From Eledone cirrhosa (Eukaryota): a stretch of 64,000 nt of DNA. Location of the stretch: contig OZ024755.1 in assembly GCA_964016885.1 (NCBI GenBank), positions 32,612,001-32,676,000 on the forward strand. The letters run 5' to 3'. Of the stretch, positions 49,048-63,566 are shown in pieces; the stretch's first letter is position 1; every line of letters begins with the position of its first letter. Both the position numbers and the translations under genes were made by a program. The notes below the pieces were generated by a model, which was not told the DNA's origin, searched no databases, and saw only the letters and a list, made by a program, of their open reading frames with translations.

Positions 49048-49120
49048 ATATATGCATGTATATATATATATGCATATATATATATATGTATATATATATA
49101 TGCATGTATATATATATATG

Positions 49121-49160
<40 letters not shown>

Positions 49161-49180
49161 TATGCAGATATATATATATG

Positions 49181-49213
<33 letters not shown>

Positions 49214-49232
49214 GTATGTATATGTATATATG

Positions 49233-49267
<35 letters not shown>

Positions 49268-49305
49268 GTATATATATATATGTACATACATATATATATA
49301 TATAC

Positions 49306-49336
<31 letters not shown>

Positions 49337-49345
49337 CATATATAC

Positions 49346-49381
<36 letters not shown>

Positions 49382-49493
49382 ATATTCATATATATATACA
49401 TATATATATATATACATATATATATATATGCATATATATATATATATATGCATATATATATACATGCATATATATATACATGCATATATATAT

Positions 49494-49533
<40 letters not shown>

Positions 49534-49619
49534 GCATATATATATACATACATATATATATAGTGGCTGCCAACACGTTTTCAAGTACGGCCACTACTTC
49601 ATATCCATGTAGGAGAACC

Positions 49620-50789
<1,170 letters not shown>

Positions 50790-50904
50790 TAACATATAAA
50801 TATTTGCTCTACGGTTCTTATATATTTGATATATATTTATCCTTATCGAACCCTCTTTGGATTTTAGTCTTCAAATTTATTATTATTACTATATATATAT
50901 ATAT

Positions 50905-51019
<115 letters not shown>

Positions 51020-51056
51020 CCGCCCGTCCCTTCAATCTATTTTATTTCTCATTCTT

Positions 51057-51092
51057 TCTTCTGATGAAGGACTAGCGTCCGAAACGTTAAGA
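51057..51092 (+). ncRNA. Minimal type-I hammerhead ribozyme motif (Neptune-LTR-like)
   Basis: TCTT-CTGATGA-A-GGAC(TAGC)GTCC-GAAA-CGT-TA-AGA. Followed by an LTR-like tail that is also seen at 14280-14345, 9232-9300 (-) and 56295-56365 (-). Confidence 0.72.
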
Positions 51093-51189
51093 CCCATTTC
51101 CTCCTATATCAAGCGTTAACCTAATATATACCTTCCATATACTGTACCGATTGTGTTGTTATTTCTGTTTACCTTTTATATACATATAT

Positions 51190-52418
51190 AGAAGATGTGC
51201 CACAGGATTGGAAAGATGCATTGATGGTGGTACTTTACAAAGGAAAGGGAGCCAAAGATGACTGTGGCAACTACAGAGGTATTTCACTGCTATCTGTGGC
51301 TGGCAAGATCTTGTGCAGGATATTGTTGGACAGAAGATTGATACAGCACATTGCTATTGAGGTACTTACTGAGTCCCAATGTGGCTTTAGGAATGGCAGG
51401 GGCACTGTTGACATGATCCTCTCGGCCAAACAACTTCAAGAGAAATGCATTGAGCAGCGCATGGACTTATACCAAGATTTTTGTCGATCTGACCAAGGTA
51501 TTTGACATCGTTAATCAGAAGGCTTTGTGGGTTATTTTGGAGAGATTGGGCTGACCTGAAAAGTTTGTGTACATTCTGAAACTCTTCCACGATGACATGC
51601 AGGCATGGGTGAATGTTGGAGGTAAACTGTCTGAGACAATCTCGGTTGAAAATGGTGTCAAGCAGAGTGATATACCTGCACCAACATTGTTTGCCTTGTA
51701 TTTCGCAATGGTGTTCTTCATGGCCTTCAATGTCAACACGGTATCTATTTCAGATATCGCACTTCCGGCAAGCTGTTTAACCTTAGGCGTCTCACTGCCA
51801 ACACTAAGGTACTAAGTACCTTGACCAGAGAATTTTTATATGTAGATGATTGTGATCTCTTTGACATGCAACACCTTATGGATTCTTTTTCCAATGTGTG
51901 CAGTTCTTTGGGACTGACAATCAGTCTGAAGAAGACTGTCATCATGTACCAACCTGCTTCGCATAAAGTTTTCAATGAACCCTCCATATACGTATTCGGT
52001 CAAAAGCTGAAGGCTGCTGACACATTTGTGTATTTGGGGAGTATTCTGAGTGTGGCCTGCTCTCTAGATGCAAAAGTTGGTCTACGTGTTAGTAAGGCAA
52101 GTGAGTCATTTGGAAGGTTCAATGATCGTCTTTGGTGCAGGCGAAGAATCACAATGAGGACCAAGGTGAGAGTGTATGCTGCATGTGTACTGTCATCTTT
52201 GCTGTATGCATGTGAGACATGGGTTGCCTACAAAGGGCATATCCACAGACTGGAATGGTTTCACCAACCGTGTCTCAGAAAGATGCTTGGTATCAAGTGG
52301 CAGATGCATATGAGTGATGTTGAGGTCCTTGAGAGAAGTGAGTGTCGGAGCATTGAAAGTATCATCCACCAACGGCGTTTGCGATGCAGAATGGAGGATG
52401 ATCAAATCCCAAAACAAC
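51190..52418 (+). pseudogene. RTE-clade LINE RT region, 5'- and 3'-truncated
   Basis: PQDWKDA..LYKGKG..CGNYRGISLLSVAGKIL..ESQCGFRNGRGTVDMI..NGVKQ..APTLF..YVDD..FVYLGS..LLYACETW. Confidence 0.92.
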
Positions 52419-52611
52419 TGCCAAAGACCAGAAGATCAACTCCCAGAACAACAGGTGGCTCGCTGTCTCATCCAAAGACGTGCCCAGAGTCATGCGGACA
52501 AAGTTTCCAGCGACAACATTGGTCTTAGGTGTCGTCAGCTGTCAAGGCGACGTTATGCCACCTCACTTCTTCCCTGAGAGCCTCAAGCTGAACACCAATG
52601 GCTACATCCGC
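52418..52611 (+). mobile_element. Second maT transposase fragment, fused between the two RTE copies
   Basis: Matches 50031-50183 and also carries GDVMPPHFFPES, which is missing from that copy. Confidence 0.85.
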
Positions 52612-54590
52612 ACTCCTGGATCTTCCTGGCTTGAGGTCCTGCATCAGGTTGCCTGTGAACCCTCACAACACCATGGAGATCATAGTTTACTGGTTCTCTT
52701 TGAACATGGCTGCGACTGTGGCTCCTGAGACCAGATTTGCTGAAGCAAATTTTTCCTCACTCAGGGCACTTCAATTCAATGGAGACACCGATTGTTTCGA
52801 GAGATACACCAGTGCATTGCTTACGCACATCCCGTTTGATCTTCTTGTGCTCTATGCACAAAATTATGGACCCCATCATTCACCATTCCACACCAAGTTT
52901 CTCTTTCAAGAGCTTCTATCTCCCAGTCAGCCATCATCAAACCAGTTTTTTACAATGAGTCCTTGACACAATCCTTGAATCGGAGCTTTGGCTTGTGAGG
53001 TGGTCTCTTACCCTCACAAAGCTCGCCATACAAGAGTTGTTTTGGGATTTGATCATCCTCCATTCTGCAGAGGTGTCCGGTCCATCGCAAACGCCATTGG
53101 TGGATGATACTCTCAATGCTCCGACACTCACTTCTCTCAAGGACCTCAACATCACTCACATGCATCTGCCACTTGATACCGAGCATCTTTCTGAGACATG
53201 GCTGGTGAAACCATTCCAGTCTGTGGATATGCCCTTTGTAGGCAACCCATGTCTCACATGCATACAGCAAAGCTGACAGTACACATGCAGCATACACTCT
53301 CACCTTGGTCCTCATTGTGATTCTTCGCCTGCACCAAAGACGGTCGTTGAGCCTTCCATGACTCACTTGCCTTACTAACATGTAGACCAACTTTTGCATC
53401 CAGAGAGCAGGCCACACTCAGAGTACTCCCCAGCTTTTGACCGTATACATACATGGAAGGTTCATTGAAAACTTTATCCGGAGCAGGTTGGTACCTGACG
53501 ACAGTCTCAAAGCACTGCACGCATTGGAAAAAGAATTCATCAGGTGTTGCATGTCACTCTGGGAGTGTGCAAAGAGATCACAATCATCTACATATAAAAA
53601 TTCACTGATCAAGGTACTCAGTACCTTAGTGTTGGCAGTGAGACGCCTAAGGTTAAACAGCTTGCCGGAAGTGCGATATCTGAAATAGATACCGTGTTGA
53701 CAATCCTTGAAGGCCATGAAGAACACCATTGCGAAATACAAGGCAAACAAAGTTGGTGCAGGTATATCACCCTGCTTGACACCATTTTCAACCGAGATTG
53801 GCTCAGACAGTTTACCTCCAACATCCACCCATGCCTGCATGTTATCGTGGAAGAGTTTCAGAATGTGCACAATCTTTTCAGGTCAGCCCAATCTCTCCAA
53901 AATAACCCACAAAGCCTTCCGATTAACAGTGTCAAATGCCTTGGTCAGATCTACAAAAAATCTTGGTATATGTCCATGTGCTGCCCAATGCATTTCTCTT
54001 GAAGTTGTTTGGTCGAGAGGATCATGTCAACAGTGCCCCTGCCATTCCTAAAGCCACATTGGGACTCAGGAAGTACCTCAATAGCAATGTGCTGTATCAA
54101 TCTTCTGTCCAACAATATCCTGCACAAGATCTTGCCAGCCACAGATAGCAGTGAAATACCCCTGTAGTTGCTACAGTCATCTTTGGCTCCCTTTCCTTTG
54201 TAAAGTACCACCATCAATGCATCTTTCCAATACTGTGGCACATCTTCTTCATTCCAAACATTCACAAAGAGATCAGTGAGACGGTTTAAGAAGTTATCAC
54301 CAGCACACTTGAAAATCTCGGCACTCGGTCCATCCATTCCAGGTGACTTGCTGCTGTTTAATTTGGCAATCGCTTTCGCCACCTCATCAAATGAAGGAGG
54401 ATCAGCCATTGCCAGCTTTGTAGGTCTGGATGGAATCATTAATTTCTGATGGTCTTTTGAGAAGTTCATCAAATTGGTCATGCCACCTGATCAGGATTTC
54501 CTTCGGATCTCTGAGCAATTCCTTGCCGTCCCCGGAGCGAAATGAGGATATTTGTGAACCGGTTGGACCATACACCTCCCTGACAGACTG
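52612..54590 (-). pseudogene. RTE-clade LINE (pre-RT region to C-terminal C2H2 finger), inverted relative to 51190-52418
   Basis: PPSFDEVAKAIAKLNSSKSPGMDG..YRGISLL..YVDD..RLRWTGHLCRMEDDQIPKQLLYGEL..KPKLRFKDCVKDSL..LKCPE*GKICFSKSGLRSHSRSH. Confidence 0.92.
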
Positions 54591-54601
54591 TATATATATA
54601 C

Positions 54602-54632
<31 letters not shown>

Positions 54633-54638
54633 TACAGA

Positions 54639-54727
54639 GGAGAACTTTCTCGGATTCGGCTGTCTGTGGCGATTGTCAAACTCAGTTTGACAATCGCCAC
54701 AGCCAGACGAATGCGAGAACGTTCTCC
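54639..54727. repeat. Imperfect palindrome of about 89 bp
   Basis: GGAGAAC...CTGTGGCGATTGTCAAAC(TCA)GTTTGACAATCGCCACAG...GTTCTCC. Confidence 0.8.
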
Positions 54728-55581
54728 AACCCAAGTTAATCAGGAATCTTTAAAATTCTTCCCACCGAAGTTAACAAAGAACTTACTGGATCTACCAACT
54801 CATAATATTATATATTATAACACAACAATTGAAGTCATTCTTTTCCTTTTTTTCAAATATACATATATATATAAGTATTTAATACAATAACAGAGATAGT
54901 TTAAAGCTAAACTCTGACTGGTAACCATCTCACTCAACAAACATTAGGTTATATTTTAATATGAACCCAATTTAAGTGTTTGGGGTGCTAACACTATGTA
55001 TTATGTGGAAAAGCAAAATATATATATAAGTATGTATACGTGCATACATATATGTATAAAGACGTACACTAGTATGTATATACATACATACATGCACACA
55101 TATATATATGTATGTATGGGTTTACCAAACATTTATTATAATGCTCGGTTTGTTTGTAAACAAACAGCCCGAATTAGTAACCGTACAGTGTTCAGCAACC
55201 ATCATTGCCCTTTTGTTCAACACTGACTAAGGAACGATGAACTAGTTTTTAGCTTATTAGCTATGGTCAGCATCGTATACCTTCCTGTCAGATGATTGAA
55301 CGTTTGAAAGTATATACTTTCCTTATGCATATTAACGACTGAGCAGCCTAATTTGCATATCGAGTGAGTTCAGTCGGCCGGGCGTACCGAAAATGATAAA
55401 TGGAAAGAATGAAATTTCATTTCTCACTCTTAGTACGGCTGATACTTAAATATAAGTATGTATACGTACATACATATATGTATACATACATACACTAGTA
55501 TGTACATACATACATGCACGTATGGGTTTACCGAACATTTTTATATATATATGTGTGTGTGTACATATATATATATATGTG

Positions 55582-55643
<62 letters not shown>

Positions 55644-56797
55644 CATATATGTGTGTGTACATATATATATATACATATATCATCATCATCATCATCATTT
55701 CATTTTACGTCCGCTTTTCCCTGCTTGCAAGGGTAGGACGGGAACTGATTCTGGCTTGATTTCTACAGCTGGATGCCCTTCCTAAAACCAACCTTATATA
55801 TATATACATATATATATATATGTATATATATATATGTATATATATATGGTGGCTGCCAACTCGTTTTCGAGTACGGCTACTACTTTATAAACATATAGGA
55901 GAACTCCTACCGATGCGCTAAACAAGTGTGACTTTTCAGTCCAGCCAGCGACTTGAAAACTCTGGTACAAACACTATACTTGTGACAATTATTGACACAG
56001 AGTGCTGGGCCCATGGTACCATGAGACGACAAGTGCAGAGAGATCTCCAGATATAAAGCAATGCCTGTGCCGTGAAGCTTTTATAGTGAGCAAAGGCACT
56101 GCACAAAGCCAGTCCCACTCTCTTAACCAAGATGATATTTACCAAAAAGAAGAACAAGTCAACATCATTGGATACCATCAGGGTTGCAGGTGTTATATCA
56201 GAGTTTTCCTTCTTCTAGAATTCTGCCTTGACAAAGGCTAAGGGGTCATCTGTATATATATACATATATATATATATGTATATATGTATATATGTAAAAG
56301 TAATAACAAAAATAACAAAACGGCACAGTACACGGAAGAAATATATTAGTTTATCGCTCGAAATAGAAGATGAGAAAAAAACACGTGCGTATTCTGTCAG
56401 CCCTCTACCTCTCTCTCTCACCGTGACAAGTGGAGAGATGCTCTGCTGAATAGGACCGATCCCACCCTTGCAAGCAGGGAAAAGTGGACGTAAAATGATG
56501 ATGATGATGATGATGATATATATATATATGAAAAGATTCAAGACCCCGACGGCTGAGTTCTGGCCATTTCATATTACCCACAATACAACCCCAAGTATCG
56601 AGTACTCTGGTGGGTTATGGTCTACCTGGTATTTTACCACACCCTATCTGATATAATATATATATGAGCTTATAGTGAAATAATTCACTATTTTCATGTT
56701 AGCTAAAACACAATTATTTTTTTTTTCCTCCAAATTTCATCTAAACTCCATATTTTATTTTTCCTACCACACCAAAAAGTGCATAACTCAGAGATCA

Positions 56798-58290
56798 GAG
56801 AGTCACTCCAGGTAGAGCCACTACTTCTGCGAATTGAGAGCTCACAGCTCCAATACTATGGGCATATGGTTAGAATGTCTCAGGAAAGAATTCCTGGAGA
56901 GTCACTCCAGGTAGAGCAGCTACTTCTCTGAATTGAGAGCTCACAGCTCCAATACTATGGACAATGTGGTTAGAATGTCTCAGGAAAGAATCACTGGAGA
57001 GTCAATCCAGGTAGAGCAGCTACTTCTCTGAATTGAGAGCTCACAGCTCCAATACTATGGGCATATGGTTAGAATGTCTCAGGAAAGAATTACTGGAGAG
57101 TCACTCCAGGTAGAGCAGCTACTTCTCTGAATTGAGAGCTCACAGCTCCAATACTATGGGCAATGTGGTTAGAATGTCTCAGGAATGAATCACTGGAGAG
57201 TCACTCCAGGTAGAGCAGCTACTTCTCTGAATTGAGAGCTCACAGCTCCAATACTATGGGCATGTGGTTAGAATGTCTCAGGAAAGAATCACTGGAGAGT
57301 CAATCCAGGTAGAGCAGTTACTTCTCTGAATTGAGAGCTCACAGCTCCAATACTATGGGCATGTGGTTAGAATGTCTCAGGAAAGAATCACTGGAGAGTC
57401 AATCCAGGTAGAGCAGTTACTTCTCTGAATTGAGAGCTCACAGCTCCAATACTATGGACAATGTGGTTAGAATGTCTCAGGAAAGAATCACTGGAGAGTC
57501 AATCCAGGTAGAGAAGCTACTTCTCTGAATTGAGAGCTCACAGCTCCAATTCTATGGACAATGTGGTTAGAATGTCTCAGGAAAGAATTACTGGAGAGTC
57601 AATCCAGGTAGAGCAGTTACTTCTCTGAATTGAGAGCTCACAGCTCCAATACTATGGACAATGTGGTTAGAATGTCTCAGGAAAGAATCACTGGAGAGTC
57701 AATCCAGGTAGAGCAGTTACTTCTCTGAATTGAGAGCTCACAGCTCCAATACTATGGGCATGTGGTTAGAATGTCTCAGGAAAGAATCACTGGAGAGTCA
57801 ATCCAGGTAGAGCAGTTACTTCTCTGAATTGAGAGCTCACAGTTCCAATACTATGGGCATGTGGTTAGAATGTCTCAGGAAAGAATCACTGGAGAGTCAA
57901 TCCAGGTAGAGCCACTACTTCTGCGAATTGAGAGCTCACAGCTCCAATACTATGGGCATATGGTTAGAATGTCTCAGGAAAGAATTACTGGAGAGTCACT
58001 CCAGGTAGAGCAGCTACTTCTCTGAATTGAGAGCTCACAGCTCCAATACTATGGACAATGTGGTTAGAATGTCTCAGGAAAGAATCACTGGAGAGTCAAT
58101 CCAGGTAGAGCAGCTACTTCTCTGAATTGAGAGCTCACAGCTCTGATACTATGGACAATGTGGTTAGAATGTCTCAGGAAAGAATCACTGGAGAGTCACT
58201 CCAGGTAGAGCTGCTACTTCTCTGAATTGAGAGCTCACAGCTCCAATACTATGGCCATGTGGTTAGAATGTCTCAGGAAAGAATCGGTGG
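56798..58290 (+). repeat. Satellite of about 15 x 99-100 bp derived from RTE ORF coding sequence
   Basis: Unit translates ESLQVEPLLLRIESSQLQYYGHMVRMSQERI. The last unit runs on into the LINE 3' end. Confidence 0.92.
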
Positions 58291-59168
58291 TCAGATTTTA
58301 TGGGCAAAACCAACGGGCAGGAGACCACCCAGGGGTAGACCCTGGGCAAGATGGTTGGATAACATCCATGACTTGGCTGGTCTCACTTGGGGATCCAGCT
58401 GGATCAGTTGGAGACTGTTGCTTCTGGCAGGACCTGCTGGTTTGAGGACCAATGTTTGAGGACTCTGCCCTCACGGCCCCCTCAGGAATAAGTAGGAGGA
58501 GGAAGAGAAGAAGAAAAAGGCAAAGAAGAAGAAGAAGAAGAAGAAGTTTCATGTAAGCAATGTACATCACTGATGAGTGCAATGTGTTTGCTCTCTAGTA
58601 AAGAACAAAAGATACAAGAATCATCTTGGAGTGTTTGAGAAGGACTCTGCCCCCACAACTGTCTCAGGAATAAGTGGGTGAAGAAGAAGGCGGAGAAGAA
58701 GAAGAAGGCAAAGAAGAAGGCGGAGAAGAAGAAGGCGAAGAAGAAAAGGGTGAAGAAGAAGAAGGCAGTGAAGAAGAAGAAGAAGCAGAAGAAGAAGAAG
58801 AAGAAGAAGAAGAAAAAGAAGGCGAAGAAGAAAAAGAAGGCGAAGAAGAAAAAGAAGGCGAAGAAGGCGAAGAAGAAGAAGAAGAAGAAGAAGAAGAAGA
58901 AGAAGAAGAAGAAGAAGAAGCAGAAGAAGAAGAAAAAGAAGAAGAAGAAAAAGAAGAAGAAGAAGAAAAAGAAGGCGAAGAAGAAAAAGAAGAAGAAGGC
59001 GAAGAAGAAGAAGGCGAAGAAGAAGGCGAAGAAGAAGGCGAAGAAGAAGGCGAAGAAGAAGAAAAAGGCAAAGAAGAAGAAGAAGCAGTTTCATGTAAGC
59101 AATGTACATCACTGATGAGTGCAATGTGTTTGCTCTCTAGTAAAGAAGAACAAAAGATACAAGAATCA
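58251..59168 (+). mobile_element. RTE (Expander-like) 3' end, (GAA)n tails and duplicated 80-bp flank
   Basis: ERIGGQILWAKPTGRRPPRGRPWARWLDNI. Spacer TTTCATGTAAGC...ACAAGAATCA at 58546-58623 and 59089-59168. Confidence 0.8.
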
Positions 59169-59800
59169 ACTTACATTGTGTAAGGTTGCTACTTCCAATA
59201 AAATGACATACATATATAAATACTGCCCCACACACTCATACATAAAAGTCAATACACATATACATGTACATACACATGCACATGTACATACACACATCCA
59301 TACACACACACACACGTACATACACACATGTACATGCACTCATCGATATACACACACACACATATGTACATACTCACATGTACATACACACATCCATACA
59401 CACACATATGCTTGTAGATATTTTGTATGTTTATACTTCAATATATATATGTGTGTATTTATATATGTATGTATGTATGTATGTAAGTATGCATGTGTGT
59501 GTATATATATATATATATATACATACACACATATATTTATATACATACACATATGTATATATACATATGTGTATGTATAGATATATACACACATATATAT
59601 ATACATACACATGTATATATACATATGTGTATGTATAGATATATACACATATATATATACATACACACACACATATATATATAAATACACACATATATAT
59701 ATACATACACATGTATATATACATACACATATATATATATATATATACATACATACACACACATATATATATACATACACATATATATATATATATACAT

Positions 59801-59833
<33 letters not shown>

Positions 59834-59836
59834 CAT

Positions 59837-59869
<33 letters not shown>

Positions 59870-59872
59870 CAT

Positions 59873-59910
<38 letters not shown>

Positions 59911-59992
59911 ACACACACACATATATATATATATATATACATATACACACACACATATATATATATATACATACACACACACATATATACAT

Positions 59993-60029
<37 letters not shown>

Positions 60030-60439
60030 CATACACACACATATATATACACATACACATATGTATATATACACATGCGAGTAAATACCTACATATACAT
60101 AGATATCTATATGTAGGTACGTGTGGTACGTGTTCATAACTATATACACAGACTCTGACCAAATACAAAGAAAGTCTTCTTAGCCAGTTCCACAGATCTT
60201 CAAACAATACACTTGTAGTTGACATCAATGAAACTATCTCTATCATTCTTCTGCTTCCTGTTACAATTCCCAAAGCAGTGATAAAAGGAAGTGGTTTCCA
60301 ATAACCAAACTTATTCCATTATTAAACTCAACTTTATGCTATTAATGCTGGATTTGATCTTACAAAGAAAACCTCATGAGATAAAAAGTACAAGGTTGTG
60401 GTAGTAAAATTTCTCAATTATTATTTCACCAAACTATTT

Positions 60440-60640
60440 TTGACATCAATTCATGACCAAGCATTGATCAGAAAGGACAAGCCTTTCATTGCAACCCTGA
60501 ACCCTCTAGAGCAACTGATGGCTACAGGTTTAGATTGTATTAGTATTATCAAAATCAATGTATTCGGTGGTTTTAGTCCAATATTTTTACTTTTCAGTCC
60601 GGACCTTCCAAAGCACATACAATGATTCTCAATCATCTCT
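60440..60640 (+). pseudogene. Possible very old LINE ORF2 fragment
   Basis: PFIATLNPLEQLMATGLDCISIIKINVFGGFSPIFL loosely resembles the pre-RT KA.GPD.I...LK..SP.L motif. Confidence 0.3.
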
Positions 60641-61300
60641 ACTGTCTAAGAACTTTAGGACTTAGACAGAATAGACAAGAACTATAGAACTTGTCTTCTC
60701 CAGACTTCTGAACATTAAATAAACTTAAATAACAAGAAAACTATTTTTACCAGTAATTACAAATTCTATATTTGATTTACAGTGAAAATTGGAAAGTATA
60801 TCATATTTTTAACAGAAAATCTGATTAGTTTTCTAGAGCGGAAGAGAAGCAATTTATTACATAGAACTCACCTAAGTCAACAAGGAAATGGTAACATAAT
60901 AAAGCTTATTAGAAATGAAATATATAAAAGAAATAATAAATTTAAAATAATATTGTGAGCAGTACTTCCAATTCTAAATGGAAAAGTAGATGATTATTTT
61001 TACCTTTTTTTTTTCTTATTCATGAACAAAGTTTTTCTAATTTACATCATTGTACATCACTTTCTCTATGTGAAAGTTTCAAAATTTCAGTTTACATTTA
61101 GACTCTTTTTTTATCTACAACAATACAAATGAGATGTAGGCTAGAATCTTTGTGGGTTAAGCAGACTGAGATAAGTAAGATATTTTGTTCTATTCAGAAG
61201 TACAGCACACTGGCTAAACTAAAGTCTGGACTTACAGCTCTGTTACTCTATTACATGTTCCAGCTGAGAGGCTGAGGCCATGCTGAGGCACCACCATTAA

Positions 61301-61497
61301 CCCTTCAGCATTTACATTACTCTATATTTATTGTATTTTCACAGTAAACACTTTATTCCACATAATATCGAATCTATGAGATTTTGATATTATTTATTTT
61401 GAGAACAATACCTTAACATAAGTATGGTTATGGTCGGTTTGAACAGAAAGAGGTGAGATAATTCTGGCCAGATACAACTGATTGAAATGCTAAAGGG
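61301..61497 (+). mobile_element. piggyBac-like MITE (about 197 bp) with TTAA target-site duplication. Another copy at 62846-63001 (-)
   Basis: TTAA|CCCTTCAGCATTT ... AAATGCTAAAGGG|TTAA. Confidence 0.8.
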
Positions 61498-61807
61498 TTA
61501 AATTTAACTAACGTTGCCAATAGGATATTTTCTAAACTTGATTTAAACGTTCTATTACCATATTTCTAATGAAATATATTGTATTTGAATTAATTACTGA
61601 TGAGTTTGGAGTGGTTTATTAAAATTATTATTTCCTATTAATCCCGCCGAGGTTGACTTTGCCTTTCATCCTTACGGGGTCGATAAAATAAAGTACCAGT
61701 AATGCACTGGATAATTGCTGGCCTTGTGCCTAAAGTAGAGACAATTATTTCCTATTAAAATAGAAATAGAAGCTAGACTGTAATATTTTTGACTGTAATA
61801 TAGTCTA

Positions 61808-62582
61808 ATAATTGTTTCTACTTTTGGCACAAGGCCAGTAATTATTCCAGTGTATTACTGGTACTTTATTTTATTGACCCCCATAAGGATGAAAGGCAAA
61901 GTTAACCTCGGCGGGATTTGAACTCAGTCCGTAAAGGGACGAAACGCATGTCGCCAATCAATAAACGTAATGTAATGTATTATTATATTATTACATATAT
62001 ATATAATAATATAATAATTGTTTCTACTTTTGGCACAAGGCCAGTAATTATCCCAGTGTATTACTGGTACTTTATTTTATTGACCCCCATAAGGATGAAA
62101 GGCAAAGTTAACCTCGGCGGGATTTGAACTCAGTCCGTAAAGGGACGAAACGCATGTCGCCAATCAATAAACGTAATGTAATGTATTATTATATTATTAC
62201 ATATATATATAATAATATAATAATTGTTTCTACTTTTGGCACAAGGCCAGTAATTATCCCAGTGTATTACTGGTACTTTATTTTATTGACCCCCATAAGG
62301 ATGAAAGGCAAAGTTAACCTCGGCGGGATTTGAACTCAGTCCGTAAAGGGACGAAACGCATGTCGCCAATCAATAAACGTAATGTAATGTATTATTATAT
62401 TATTACATATATATATAATAATATAATAATTGTTTCTACTTTTGGCACAAGGCCAGCAATTACCCCAGTGTATTACTGGTACTTTATTTTATCGACCCCG
62501 TAAGGATGAAAAGCAAAGTGAACCTCAGCGGGATTTGAACTCAGAATAGCAAGGGCCATAACACTTTGCTGCAAAGCATGGC
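61808..62582 (-). repeat. 206-bp tandem repeat x3 (SINE-A 3' body plus AT-rich flank), then a further SINE-A
   Basis: Identical ORFs at 61918 and 62124, 206 bp apart. Confidence 0.9.
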
Positions 62583-63233
62583 CCCCAACCATTATAGTAT
62601 AGTATAGTCTAATAACGTGGTGTATAAACCCATGTGCACTGATACACATCATTTTTCGTTCAGTGGTTTTTATATGCCTCACTATTAGACTACAGTAAAA
62701 AATATTATGGCATAGCTTCTATTTCAATTCTAAACTCATTCCAAACATACTTCCTTTATTATTTCAGAATTAATTAAAGTACCAGTAATGAACTGGGTAT
62801 TTGCTGGCCTTGTGCCTAAAGTAGAAACAATTATTTCAGAATTAATCCATTAGCATTTAAACTGGCCAGAATTCTCTCACCTCTTTTTGTTCAAACCAGC
62901 CATAACTGGCCACTCATACTGATGTTAAGGTATTATTCTCAAAATAAATAACATAAAAATCTCATAGATACAATATTATGTGTAATGTAAATGGTAAAGG
63001 GTTAAATAGGAATCCTTTAAAGAGGCAGTTTATGGCTGGTTGGTATAAAATGGGTTAATGTATATCAATAAAGGTATCATTATTTGACAGTATTTAAAAG
63101 AGGTTTAGCTGACGTCAGCCCTTATGACCTGGAGATATTTAATATAGGTTCCTCCCTTTCTTTTAAATGGCTTACAAAGATGACATTTCAAAATAATGTA
63201 TTATCATAAGAAAGTCATTCATATATATATAAA

Positions 63234-63566
63234 GAGGCACATGGCTTAGTGGTTAGAGCATTGGCATTGCAATCGAAAGGTTGTGAGTTCAATTCTCAGA
63301 CCGGGTGATGTGTTGTTTCCTTGAGCAAGGCACTTTATTTCACATTGTTCCAGTTTACTCAGCTGTAGAAATGAGATGAGAGGGAGTGGGGTCCCTATCA
63401 TTCCACTGTAAAGTGGTCGTGGAGGTGCCACAGAAAAAAAAAGGACCCAGCACTCACTGTAAATGAGGTTGGTGTTAGGAAGGGCATCCAGCTGTAGAAA
63501 TCAAGCCAGAATCAGTTCCCGTCCCACCCTTGCAAGCAGGGAAAAGCGGACGTAAAATGATGATGA
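63234..63566 (+). mobile_element. SINE-B, full length
   Basis: Same structure as 9516-9848. Confidence 0.85.
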
